From Mayamaea pseudoterrestris (Eukaryota), in assembly GCA_027923505.1 (NCBI GenBank), contig BROI01000017.1:1-64000 (forward strand): DNA of 64,000 nt, given 5' to 3'. The translations under genes and the position numbers were made by a program. Each line of letters opens with the position of its first letter. Position 1 is the first letter of the stretch. Shown one piece after another: positions 48,772 to 59,851 of the stretch. Under the pieces are notes generated by a model that was not told where the DNA came from, made no database searches, and saw nothing but the letters and a program-made list of their open reading frames with translations.

Positions 48772-49290
48772 ATGCCACCAAAACGAAACATAAGGAGGAA
48801 AATGTTGCTGCAAAGAGAGGAAGAAGAAGATTGGACTCAAAGACGAGGGATCTGATGACGACTGACGACGACTCAGTGACGACGACGACGACGAAATGGA
48901 ATCGTCGTCGGAGCGCATATCCTCCATAAATAGCTAACAGCAACATGAAAATGACATTAAACGGCGACGGAACATTTACGAAAAGCATGTCCTCATGAGT
49001 CGCGGCAAGCGAGTCACGGAATGGCGGGAAATCTTCACCTTCGACAGTTGATTGCCGCCAGTCGAGAGCGATATCACGTGGCATCCGACATGAAAAGTTA
49101 ACGATTACCGACGAAGTCATTGCCAAGATTCATTCCACTGGCGGAACGTTTCTCAAGGAGGAAGACGTTGGACCGGAAGGATGGAGCAACGAATGAAGTG
49201 GACATGGCGACTTGTCAACCGAGAGGGCGACGGGTTTTACTCGAAAGTTGCTCGTTCAATTAAGTGATACAGTCTTGACAGAGGAGCGAA
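48772..49290 (+). pseudogene. Frameshifted DUF6824-type (diatom-expanded) domain gene
   Basis: Across two apparent 1-nt deletions it reads YEKHVLMSRGKRVTEW[P]GNLHLRQLIAASRERYHVA[S]RHEKLTITDEVIAKIHSTGGTFLKEE. This matches the DVL.GRG....GN..FR....Y....EK..I...I...GGRFLK pattern. Confidence 0.6.
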
Positions 49291-50181
49291 CGGATGTTTG
49301 AAAAGGGGCTAGCATTCGTTTAAATATATAGGGTGCTGTGGACAGACGGAATCTTTGCAGCATTTCTTTGAGCGTCGATGATACTCGTAGGCTATTCCGA
49401 TTCTGCCGCAACGATTTCGACAACGACCATGACGTTCAGTTGCTGGATTTCACTGCGTTTCTCAACGATACCTGCATGAACGAGCCTTTACAGAAGTCAA
49501 TGAGCAGTCGGCGACTGCAGAAGCAATAACCATTGCCAGGGGATGTAACGACTTGAATGGCAAATATGTTTGCGTCGCCATCAACTGCCAATCAGACTTT
49601 TGAAACTCTCTGCCGCATTCCAGTCTCCAACGAGGCTTGTTCTACATGCGATCCGTGCCAAACGATGGGAACTATGGCGTCGAGACGAGTTGCGACCATG
49701 TTGACGCCGACGTTACAACGACCGATGGCGAATGCGCAACTTACATTGACCGTTAATAGCACTACTAAAAGCAGCCAAGACTACAAGACTGCGTCGCGCT
49801 GGAGCATAAGATTCTTTTTGTCATAATATCGGCGAGTGCAGCAAAGTGTATTGCCTGGGAGAGTACTGCCCGAGCTTCATCTAGTGAAGGCCGCGAGACA
49901 AGGCTGAGTGGATGGCCTAGTTGCGGATAGTCTCGCTACGGGAGTAGCCAACGCAGCTATTCTGTAAACGACTGTGCGTTATAAAAAGTAATTCTATTCT
50001 ATTCTATCGTGGTATGTATTATGAGTTCGAGGCATGAAAGATACATGTGAAGGTGTATGGCTTCACAAGTGGGCACATGACGTTTGACACAGCGAGGCTC
50101 GTTCGTTGTTGAACGGTAGTTAACTGGAGCTTTGTCAAGAGCAACACTGTCGTGCAGTGTTTTTGTCGTTGTTTGTCATTC

Positions 50182-51693
50182 TCATATTCGACACTTGCCT
50201 GACTGGCACGTCAAGCTTCCGCAGCATTCGTCGCTAGCCTGGCAGACTTGTCTTCGTTTGCGGCACTTTTGGCACTTGCTCACGAATACGTTGCGTTTGT
50301 TTGCTCTCGTTATGCATTTCTGATTGCCGCAGCAGTCAGTATGCGTGACACATGAGCCTCCCGTTGATGATTGCGTGGCCGCGCAAGGGCCCGACTTCTG
50401 CTGCTGTTGCATCTCCGTCGCGACATTGACGGATGGAGAAGCAGTTGCGGTTGTAACATTTCGGTAGCGGAACGCTTGATACTGACTAACCATGCGCTCC
50501 ACTTGGCCAGGTGTAAAGCGACCGTAGTCGGTGTAGCAGTTTTGCGGCAAGTAGTTCATCTGCGAATGGAAAAAGCATGCGTTAGCTGAGTTGCTTGCCG
50601 ACGGACGTACGGCTTTACTGTAGGGGAAATACAAGAACTTACGTAGTTGTCAACCGGATCGTCTCCAAGATCCATACCAGCAGCCTCATTCTCTGGTGTA
50701 TCAGGGCAAGTGTTGAGCTTTGGATTCAAGTTTTGCCAGCACGACTCCATTCCAATAGGTTGTCCGTATGTTGGACCCGAATGAGCAGGGGTGTCCCTGA
50801 CGCCATCGCCTACCGCATTGCAGCCTCCCTCAAAAGTGTGAAGCAGTCCTAGCCAATGACCGACTGTGCAAAAGATAGGGGTAAACGATTAATGTAAGTG
50901 AATGCTAGGAGATGAAAGCCACATTTGCTTTGCGCAAGCAGCATCAAAACAGCAACGTACCTTCGTGGATGACGGCTTGGTAGATTGCATCTGGGCCAAA
51001 GACCTGATTGTTTGGCGTCATAATGACAACTCCATCAAGATCTTTGAACGATGATTGCGTAATGGGTGGAAAGTACGAGTATCCAACGCTTCCAGGACTA
51101 TTTGCGTTGGTATCGCAAATCCACAGGTGCAAAACGTCGGGCCCGTCTTGCGCAACTTTTGATCGAGTTTCTGACTTGAAGGCAGTCTCTTCTTGACAAG
51201 TCGCGTAAGTATTGTTGTAGGTAATGTCAGATTGATACAGGACAAACTGAAATGGTGAAGACTTGAACCCGCGATTCAATGTGTTGACGTATTTCTTCAA
51301 CTGCATTTGCGTCAGAGTCGGAGCGTTGGTTGCAAGTAGCATATGCATATAGACTGGAATTTCAATAATTTCTTGCTGTAGCCTTCGTCGATTGGGATTG
51401 CTGGTCCATGTTTGCTGCGCTTGCGCCATGAGGAGACGTTCTTCGTCCGTTGGATCATGGGTGGAACACATTGCTCCGACCTTGGCATCGTTGACGACTT
51501 GTTCTGCAGCTTGCCGAGACTTTCGTACATAGAGTTGCGAGGATGAAGCATCTTCGTTCCCATTGGCTCTACTGGTAGTCAGTGGAATATGATGGCTTTG
51601 AAAGCCCTCGCCAAGTGACGATGATGCCGACGACGACGACGTCGCTGCCATCGCGAAGCGGATGATCAACAGCAGTAGCAGTGTTCGTAGCAT
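50182..51693 (-). CDS. Secreted M43 (pappalysin/ulilysin-type) metalloprotease with Cys-rich C-terminus, paralog 1 (3 exons)
   Basis: Signal peptide and a propeptide ending RRRLQ. Splicing gives [25 protein letters not shown], the NYMNY Met-turn and FTPGQVERM. The tail has C-x6-C-x5-CC repeats. Confidence 0.88.
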
Positions 51694-52561
51694 GATCAAA
51701 CTTGTTTCTCTTTTAAAATATATGAGTCCGAGTTGAAAGTTTGCAACATGTAGAATGGCATGAATCACTTGCTTGCTGGTGGTCAAGGCTTATGATGTGA
51801 ATGCAGTTATCGAGTCGAAAGGGAATTCTGGAACTGGAGGGCTGAGGCACGATCTCGTCAGTGTTCAAAGTCAACCAAGATCAAATGACGATTAGACTCG
51901 TTCGGCCGAACAATGACTGATTAAAAGAATGACCAATTTGAATTGCCGTTGCTCTTGAGCGATCGCAATTCCCAGTAAAGTCCGCATAGCAACTCTATCA
52001 ATGGACACTGAGAGCAGTCGTGGCAAAAAACCCGACTGATTAACGCCTTCTTTACTCGTTCAGTGACACGATCGTCGCATCATTAGTGACGAATTCCAGA
52101 AATATAGCCATAAAGGCGCTCTTAGGCCTCGCATTGATACGATGCAGCGTTTTCCGCTCAAGCATCGACGAAACGGCTGGGGCATTTAGGGTGGTATTTC
52201 CTGTTGCGAAAGGTTCCATGCTTTGACAAGTTCCATTCGACAGTGATCATCGTTCTCACTGATCATCTTGTCTCGATGAAGAATATGACCAGCAGCATCG
52301 ATCCAAACGAGCTCGCTGCGGAAGCAATGCTAGTTCGTTGGTCCTACTTGGCCATTGGTCCAAGGCAGCTATTCGGTCAACTTGAATAGTTCTATAGTTG
52401 AATTGGCGTTTGACATGCGACTTTGCTACCAACAGGCAATGGGCCGAGATTAGTATGAATGACAAATTGATTATGCAAGTGTAGTATGTATTGTATGAGC
52501 ACGTATAGATTGGTCAGCCATTCGCAGTTTAACCATGTAGTTTCGGCGTCTGCCTCACTCG

Positions 52562-54254
52562 TTACTTGGCCACAACTTGGCAAACAGACTGTCGGCAGGT
52601 GAGCCCATTGCAGCACTCTCCATTCGATTCGCAACCTCGACCACTTTTGCGGCAGCTTTGGCAAGTGCTCCTTGAAACACCATGACGGTTGCTACGATTG
52701 AGACAGCGTTGGCGACCGCAGCAGTCACTGTGACTTGAGCAAGGGCTTTTTCGTGAACGAGCACACTTGCTCATTGTGATGTCGCTCTCCCTAGCGGCAG
52801 AAGTTGAAACTTGAGTGACCGAAACGTAAGCCGGCGGACTTCGAACCGTCTTGGTGCGCCGGAATGCTTCGTATTGGCTAACCATGCGCTCGACTTGTCC
52901 TGGAGTGAAACGACCGTAATCACGGTAGCAATTGGGCGGAATGTAATTCATCTGATTGAAATGTTGCGAGCGGCACGTATTGTGTGAGATATATAGCAAC
53001 AAACAACAATGAACGTCTTTTCTAGTTGTGTACGTACAAAGTTGCCGATCGGATCGTCGCCAGCATCCATTCCAGCTTGAATGCTCTCTAGCGTATCGGG
53101 GCATGTGTTGAGCTTTGGCTCCAAATTCTGCCAGCATGTTTCCATGCCTTGAGACTGTGCGTATGTTGGACCAGAATGCGCTGGAGTGTCCTTCACACCG
53201 TCGCCCATCACGTTAAAGGCTACCGTAGGCAAGCGACACAATAGGTTAGCTAAATGAGCGAAACGACAGACGCTTTCATTGGTGCGATGAAACGTACCAT
53301 CGTATGCTCCCCAGTTTGCGCGTTTATCAACGCTGCATCCGCCTTCAAAGGTATGGAGCAACCCGAGCCAGTGACCGACTGAAGAAATAAAAGAGAGATG
53401 CGTTGAGGTATTAGCTATGTGGATCGTGGTTAGCTTGTCGATTGCATTGACGTACGCACCTTCATGAACCAAGGCGTAGTATACGGCGGATGGGTCAAAG
53501 ATATGTGTGTTTGGTGTCATGATAACTGCGGAAAGTGAAATTGTTTCAATTGTGAATTTACTTCCAATTAAGGCATAGCTTGTCGTCGGCTCAGTCTTTG
53601 CTTACCGACTCCATCCAAATCGCTGGAGGATGATTGCGTAACGGGCGGGAAATAGCTGTAGCCAGCGCTGCCTTTGCTAACGGCATTAGTATCGCAAATC
53701 CACAAGTGCAGCACATCCGTCCCGTCTTGTTCAATGAGTGATCGGGTTGCCTTCTTGAATGCTGCTTCCTCGCGACATTCAGCGTACGAGTCGTTGTATG
53801 TGATGTCCGTGCCGTACAAGACAAACTCGAATGGCGAGGATGCAAAGGCTCCATTCAACGTGTTGACAAACTTACGAATCTGCTGATTCGTCAAGACCAC
53901 TGCGTCTTGCTTCAGTAGCATGTGCATGTGGACTGGGATCTGAATGGACACTTCCTGCAGTATCCGTCGGCCTTGGTGTTCTTGTTGCCATTTATGATGC
54001 GTCTGCGCCATGAGGAGTCGCTCGTGATCCGTCGGAGGATGAGTGTCGCAAAAGTCTTCCGCGCCAACTACTTGCATTTCCTTTAGCTGGCGCGATCGCA
54101 ACAAACTGGGTCTCGGAGTAATTGCAGTTGTGGCCGGAACATGATGATCGCGAAACTTGTCGGCATGGTCGGAACGAAGTTCGAGCTGCGCAGAGGCTTG
54201 GGATGTCGCCTCAAGGACCAAAGCCAATAGGAGCAGCGTCAAACAATTCTTCAT
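52562..54254 (-). CDS. Secreted M43 metalloprotease with Cys-rich C-terminus, paralog 2 (5 exons)
   Basis: Same architecture as paralog 1: [29 protein letters not shown] and FTPGQVERM. Confidence 0.88.
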
Positions 54255-55322
54255 TATAGGTATTCTTCTTTGTCTATCACTGGAATGATTAAGTGATCGA
54301 AAATCAAAAAGGATGCGCTCTGAGCATTGTCTTTGCGTCGATGATTGAGGTTGCAAGCCGAGCTGTTTCCTTCGTGTCCTCCTGCGTCAGGAACACGATG
54401 GGCTATAACAATACATATATCAAGGCATATATAGGCGTCGGCGCGTCACGAATCTTTTACATAAGGTTCGGTTGATCTACCACCGATAGTCGGAGATTCG
54501 GGGGTTACGGTACATATGATTCGTTGAACTAATTCCTGCACTTTTGATATTGACCTCAACTTCTGTCGAAGCCGAAGCTTTGGGCAGTTGAAAACGAAAG
54601 CTCACATGGAGTAGCCTGCTCCTAGGCATCCCTTCTTTGGTCATTCATTAGCTACCATTTACATTGAGTTATTCCGAGGAGCGCTGTGGAGCGATTGATA
54701 CTGACGCCAGCGCATCCTAGGAACTTGCTTGCGAGTGTTCCGCAATGTTCCAGCAGGTCCTGGCGTCACCAGCGCTACCATATCCATTCAGCTAGCCTAC
54801 AATAGTCGCTCGCGAGACTCGCACAAGCCGCCATAAAAGGAAATAAATGTTCATAGGCTCAAGATGCAACGATATAGAATTAGCAATGGACGTCCTCTCA
54901 TCGACATACAACTTTAATGATGCTCTTGGTGAGCACAAAGATTTTGCTGGATTAGTATGCAATCTTCATCGCCGCAAGTCATTCATCGTGGCTGCGAGGA
55001 CCCATGCCTATAAGGAAACTACCAAGCTACCGGTAGGTGTTATGAGCTGTATAAGTACAGTCCCTAGCGGCTGCAGAGTATGAAAGAGGGAAAGATTTTG
55101 CAGCAAAATCTTGGAATGCCCTTGCGCAGGAAAGCCAACGCTTTGGGATTTGAATTGCAAAGTACGCGGATGGCTTTAAGAACTGATCAGCTAAATGTTA
55201 TTACAGCTTGTTATGAAATACTGCTCGGCCAGACAAAGACAAATCAACCGCGCGACAAAGTCAAGCACCCATACACTGAATTCACGCAATCTTTGTTAGC
55301 GTACATCCAAAAACGATGAACG

Positions 55323-56182
55323 CTAAACCATTCCAGAGTACTTGGCACCATCATCCCCTGACATAGTCATTTCAACTACTCGCTGCGGACGCTCCGTTCC
55401 GCCAGACAGTGCCGATTTGTTGGCAAAATTGCTAAAGAGCCCCATGCGCCGACCGACACTACCTTGGAGCGCATGAGAAGACTTGGTGCCCTTGCCTTGA
55501 CCAACGTAAATGGCGGCCATTGCCATGGCAGCTGCCAATGCCGCTGCAACAAGCATTAGCCAAGAGAATCTAGAGCCAAAGAACCCCTGCGTAGTGCTAT
55601 TTGCCGAGTTGCTCCCATTCGAAGTTGATGCAGCCGACGATGAGGAAGAAGATCCACCACTCCCGTCTCCGCCATTTGATGAAGAGGACGAACTGCTAGA
55701 CGTTGAACCTTTCCGGAAAAATGTATGAGTGAGATTGAAGACTTTTACCAACGATTCACTTTACGTTCTTTCGGTCGTCACCTACCATCAGATCCGCCTC
55801 CACTGCCCCCGCCATTAGCGGCAGCATTCTGTCGCTGTATGCAGTCTTCATGAGGTTTTCCAAAGGGAGGACAGTCGTGGGGATTCACTGCGTATTGATC
55901 AAGTAGGAGCAGAGAGTATGCGAATATTCGAGTGAGTGAGCCGTGAGCCGACGCAGACCAGCAAAGCGCAACTGTAAGCTGGAGTCGTCATCGCCTGAGA
56001 GACTTACGTAAGAACAGCACGCTCCAAACATTGAACAATCGTCGATGTCCTGTTGCGTCTTCCACGGCAGACGAAGACGGAATAGCATCGGACCGATCAA
56101 CGCTTGGCTCAACGACGGCTTGCGCCGAGACGCCTCCCATCAATGCTGCAGATGCAATTAATACCAGAGAGAATCGTCGCAT
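55323..56182 (-). CDS. Small type-I membrane protein, silicalemma-associated protein (SAP)-like (3 exons)
   Basis: Signal peptide, HRRL (RXL) motif, Ser/Gly-rich luminal tract, one TM helix and a cytosolic HALQGSVGRRMGLFSNFA motif. Two GT-AG introns keep the frame. Confidence 0.6.
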
Positions 56183-56610
56183 GATGAATGTAGTGGTTTC
56201 AATTGTTGCAGAGCAAATTGATTCTTTTGTTGGTGACTACTTTTCGACAAGCAAAACGGCTGTATATCATTGGAAACGCGCCATGGCCGATGGTGGAACG
56301 ATCGTGAGACGCGCCCGCGCGACCGTGAGCGTGACACGTCGAATAAATAGGCGAGGAACCGTCCGTTGAGAGTCACGCATACGAAATTTCGTTTCAAGGA
56401 ATAGTCACAGCGGTACTCTTCATCTCGCGCGGTCAAGCGACGAACGGAATGCAAGTCTATCCTCCAAGTAATACTTACTACCTAGACCAGTAAGAGTCTG
56501 ATTCTGTAATGTATTAGCTCCAATATAAAACCAGAATGACGGCGTATTAAACAAGGAAGACCCGACGCCATCAAAAAAACATGTAATGTGTCCGAACGGA
56601 TCATGCTTGA

Positions 56611-57378
56611 TTACGACAAACAAGTTCTGCAAGCATGAAGTCCCTCGTCTTGTGCTTCACTAATCTTCATTTCCACCAAGTACCAACTAGGATCCAAATG
56701 CTCGCACGACTTGTCGTGGTAGGCGCTTCCATTCTTGGTTTTAACGACGATGCGATCCGCATCGTTGGATCCCCCGCTGTTACTTGCTCCATGCACTCCA
56801 CGTCCAGCCTCGCGGGCCTGTGTTTGCAATTGAATCAGCTTGTCATAGTTGCGTGTCTTTTTGTCTTGCGATGGACTGTAGACAGACGCAAAACCGGCTG
56901 CAACAATGCCTTCATTGACGCAAACGTATCCGTCGTTTTGCTTGACGTAAACGTGCGCCAAGAGCCGACCATAGTGATCCTCCTTGTCGCCATCAAAGCT
57001 CAGGTAAATGGTTTGATCTTCACATAGGTTCTTTGTGTAGTCGCGAGCCTCCTGTGCATACGGCTGGTTCTCCTTGAGCTCTGGCGTGTCAATTCCAATG
57101 AGCCGGACGCGGCGTTCGTCCGTCAGAGTTAGCGTATCTCCGTCGTAGACATTGCGAACCTTGGCCGATTCGGTTCCAGATGGAAGCGATGAGTAGGTGG
57201 GAGAGAGTGTGGACGCGGATGATACTGTAGTTGTCGTCGGCGTGTAGGATGCGGTTTTATGATCAGGGCGGCCGCCATCCCCATGCTGATTACTCGTTCC
57301 GGTTCCTTGCTGTTGTTGATTTTGCTGCTGATTTGCAGCAATGATGATTCTAAGCGTTGCGCTGAGGCATTGTCCCAT
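56611..57378 (-). CDS. Staphylococcal-nuclease (thermonuclease)-like protein with C-terminal metal-binding motif
   Basis: Motifs VYDGDT, VRLIGIDTPE, DHYGRLLAHV, NEGIVAAGFA and AREAGRG. The C-terminus has YH...C.....GLHACRTC and the N-terminus is MGQCLS. Confidence 0.88.
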   Translation of the reverse strand: MGQCLSATLRIIIAANQQQNQQQQGTGTSNQHGDGGRPDHKTASYTPTTTTVSSASTLSPTYSSLPSGTESAKVRNVYDGDTLTLTDERRVRLIGIDTPELKENQPYAQEARDYTKNLCEDQTIYLSFDGDKEDHYGRLLAHVYVKQNDGYVCVNEGIVAAGFASVYSPSQDKKTRNYDKLIQLQTQAREAGRGVHGASNSGGSNDADRIVVKTKNGSAYHDKSCEHLDPSWYLVEMKISEAQDEGLHACRTCLS

Positions 57379-57605
57379 GATAGTAGTGTCAAATCGTTTG
57401 AATCGTTCGATCTGCAGCTGCTTGATTGATGGTTTTGTGAGCAACGGTTGGCGCGGCGGAACGGAAATTCCGTGTCAAAGTCAGAAACGCTGCGACAAAT
57501 TCGAACTTGGTTGAGGACGTATCTTTGAGCGAGAGAAGATCGACAAGCATTGGCCTCGTGTCGACATGCATCCATCGCACATAATCTTCTAAACTAATGC
57601 CAAAC

Positions 57606-58440
57606 ATGAAGATTGCCATTGCTTTTTCACTCGCGGCATCTGCTGCTGCGTTCGCTCCATCGCAAACCTCGTCACGAACGTCAATGCAGGTCGACGCGGC
57701 CTTGGATGATTTGAAGGTACGCGAACGCGAACGATGCTGCATGATTCAATGTGATGAATGAACATTCTTGTGAATGACAAAGTGGCTTTAATCTAACGTG
57801 CAAAACTTTACCCTGTTCATGTCAGACCATTGCCGAAAAGTCCAATCCAGTCCTCAAATTCTACGACCCATTGCAACTCTCGTCAAGCAAATTCTGGGGC
57901 GAGTCACAGGATGCGTCCATTGCCTTTTTGCGACACTCGGAAATCAAGCACAGCCGCATTGCCATGGCTGCTTTCGTCGGTTACATTGTCCATGCCAATG
58001 GCATTCACTTTCCATGGCCCATGACTTTGGACGGAACTCCCTTCCCTTCCTCCAACTCCCCGCCAGAGATTTGGGATGCCCTTCCAGATGCCTCCAAGTG
58101 GCAAATTATTCTGTTCATTGGTTTCTTGGAAATGTATTCTGAAATGACAGGAACGCACTACATGCGAGGCGGACAACCTGGCAAGTTCCCCAGCTTCAAG
58201 GACGGCAAAATTCCTCACAGCATGCCATTGGACCTTTACGACCCGTTTGGCTTCTCCAAGAACAAGAGTGCGGCTGCCAAGGAGCGTGGACTAGTATCCG
58301 AGCTCAACAACGGACGATTGGCCATGATTGGTATTCTTGGCTTCTTGGCTGAGCAAAAGGTGACTGGCAGTGTGCCGCTGCTGACGCAGATCGGCAGCTT
58401 TCCTCACTACAATGGAGAGGTCATGGCTCCGTTTGGTTAA
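57606..58440 (+). CDS. Lhc: Fucoxanthin chlorophyll a/c-binding light-harvesting protein (2 exons)
   Basis: Presequence MKIAIAFSLAASAAAFAP with motifs EIKHSRIAM and ELNNGRLAM. The intron lies at 57717..57825. Confidence 0.96.
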
Positions 58441-58647
58441 TTACCGCTAGTAGCTATCGATGTGTATATGATTATCAGGATTTGGTGGCTTGTAGGGTAG
58501 TTCGAGCAACGACGTGCTGAATCAACAACGATGGCTGGAGTTGACACGCGCGAACCATTTCCATACACTTGCTTTACAGAACGACTAACGATAGAAGTGT
58601 AAACTGATATTATAGTATGCATATAGCGCGCTGAAGCAAAGTAAGTT

Positions 58648-59252
58648 TTACGCTGACTTTGACGTGACAATCTTTGGCTCCTGCTGCTGGGCATCCTCCG
58701 TCCGTTGCGCCTTGATAATCTTCATAGCAAGACTATTTTCAAAGACGCTCTTGAACTTGTCCCAAGTGGTTCCCTTCATGGATGCCTGTCGCTGCTGTCG
58801 AATCTTTTTGGTTTCTTCGGCAGCCTTGACGATTTGGTCGAGTCGATAGCCCTGTCCGAGTAGACTATAGAAACGTGTAAGTGTGACGGAATGGGTTAGA
58901 GAAAGTTAACACGCATATAATCATACACATATTTTAATGACACTTACTATGTATCTCGTTCCGCGCTCTTGACGATTAAATCGCGCCGCTTGCGCCTTGG
59001 CCGACTCTGCCTCAAGTATTCGTAGTAGTCAATGGCGACAACGTTCTTGGAGTTGTGTTTCCACTTGATGGTCAAGGGCGCTCCCTCACAGGCCGGATTA
59101 TCGCCCAAAATGTTTTTGAATTCGTAAATGGTCAAGTCACCAAAGCAAACGAGCGACTTGGCTTCGTCATCCTCGCTGTTGCTTGCTAGTTTACGGCTCA
59201 TTGTCGTTGTTGCATCGCTGCCTCCATCCTTCTTTAAAATTCCTCTTGTCAT
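58648..59252 (-). CDS. Diatom hypothetical protein family (V.F....IYE....LGDNP.C.GAPL...W motif; 2 exons)
   Basis: Exon 1 runs 59252..58948. An intron joins it to YLLGQGYRLDQIVKAAEE...KSA with the stop at 58648. Confidence 0.7.
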
Positions 59253-59851
59253 GGCGAGCTGCTGCTACCGTAGCTGTGATATGAGTCGAGTAAATCAAGA
59301 ATAGATTCAAGCAAGCACTAAGTGCAGTCGAAAAGGCAAGCAAGCAAGTAATAGAGTCGACTACTTGCAATACTTCTTGACGATGGCAGTGAGTATCGTC
59401 GAGATGGATGGCAAGGGCCTCGTTCGTTCGCGTTTTGGTCGGAGCGTCGCATGGGCGGTCATTTTCCTTGCCGTGGTGCGCCACGATTGGGCCTAATTCC
59501 ATGGTCATTGCGAAACCCTTTGAAACACCTAAATGTATTGCCCTCATTGAAGCTTTCCGCGAGGCGTGACGTCAATGGGTCTCGTTGCGACATTTGAAAT
59601 TTTGCGGGAGACGAAGGAACCACACAAGACCGGCTGCTCCATGGAAACGACTCGCACGTTGATGGCAGGTCATTTGCGAATAACAACGAAAGCTGTATTC
59701 TAGTTTACAGTAGCACCTTTCTCCTGATAAATCAAGAAACGAGAGTTACTGCTCGCTATTGCAATAATTAATTGACGGAAAGCGAAAGGAGAAGTGAACC
59801 CGAGAGGAGACTTTAGCGGAACGAACGCATACAATCATCATCAACATCATC

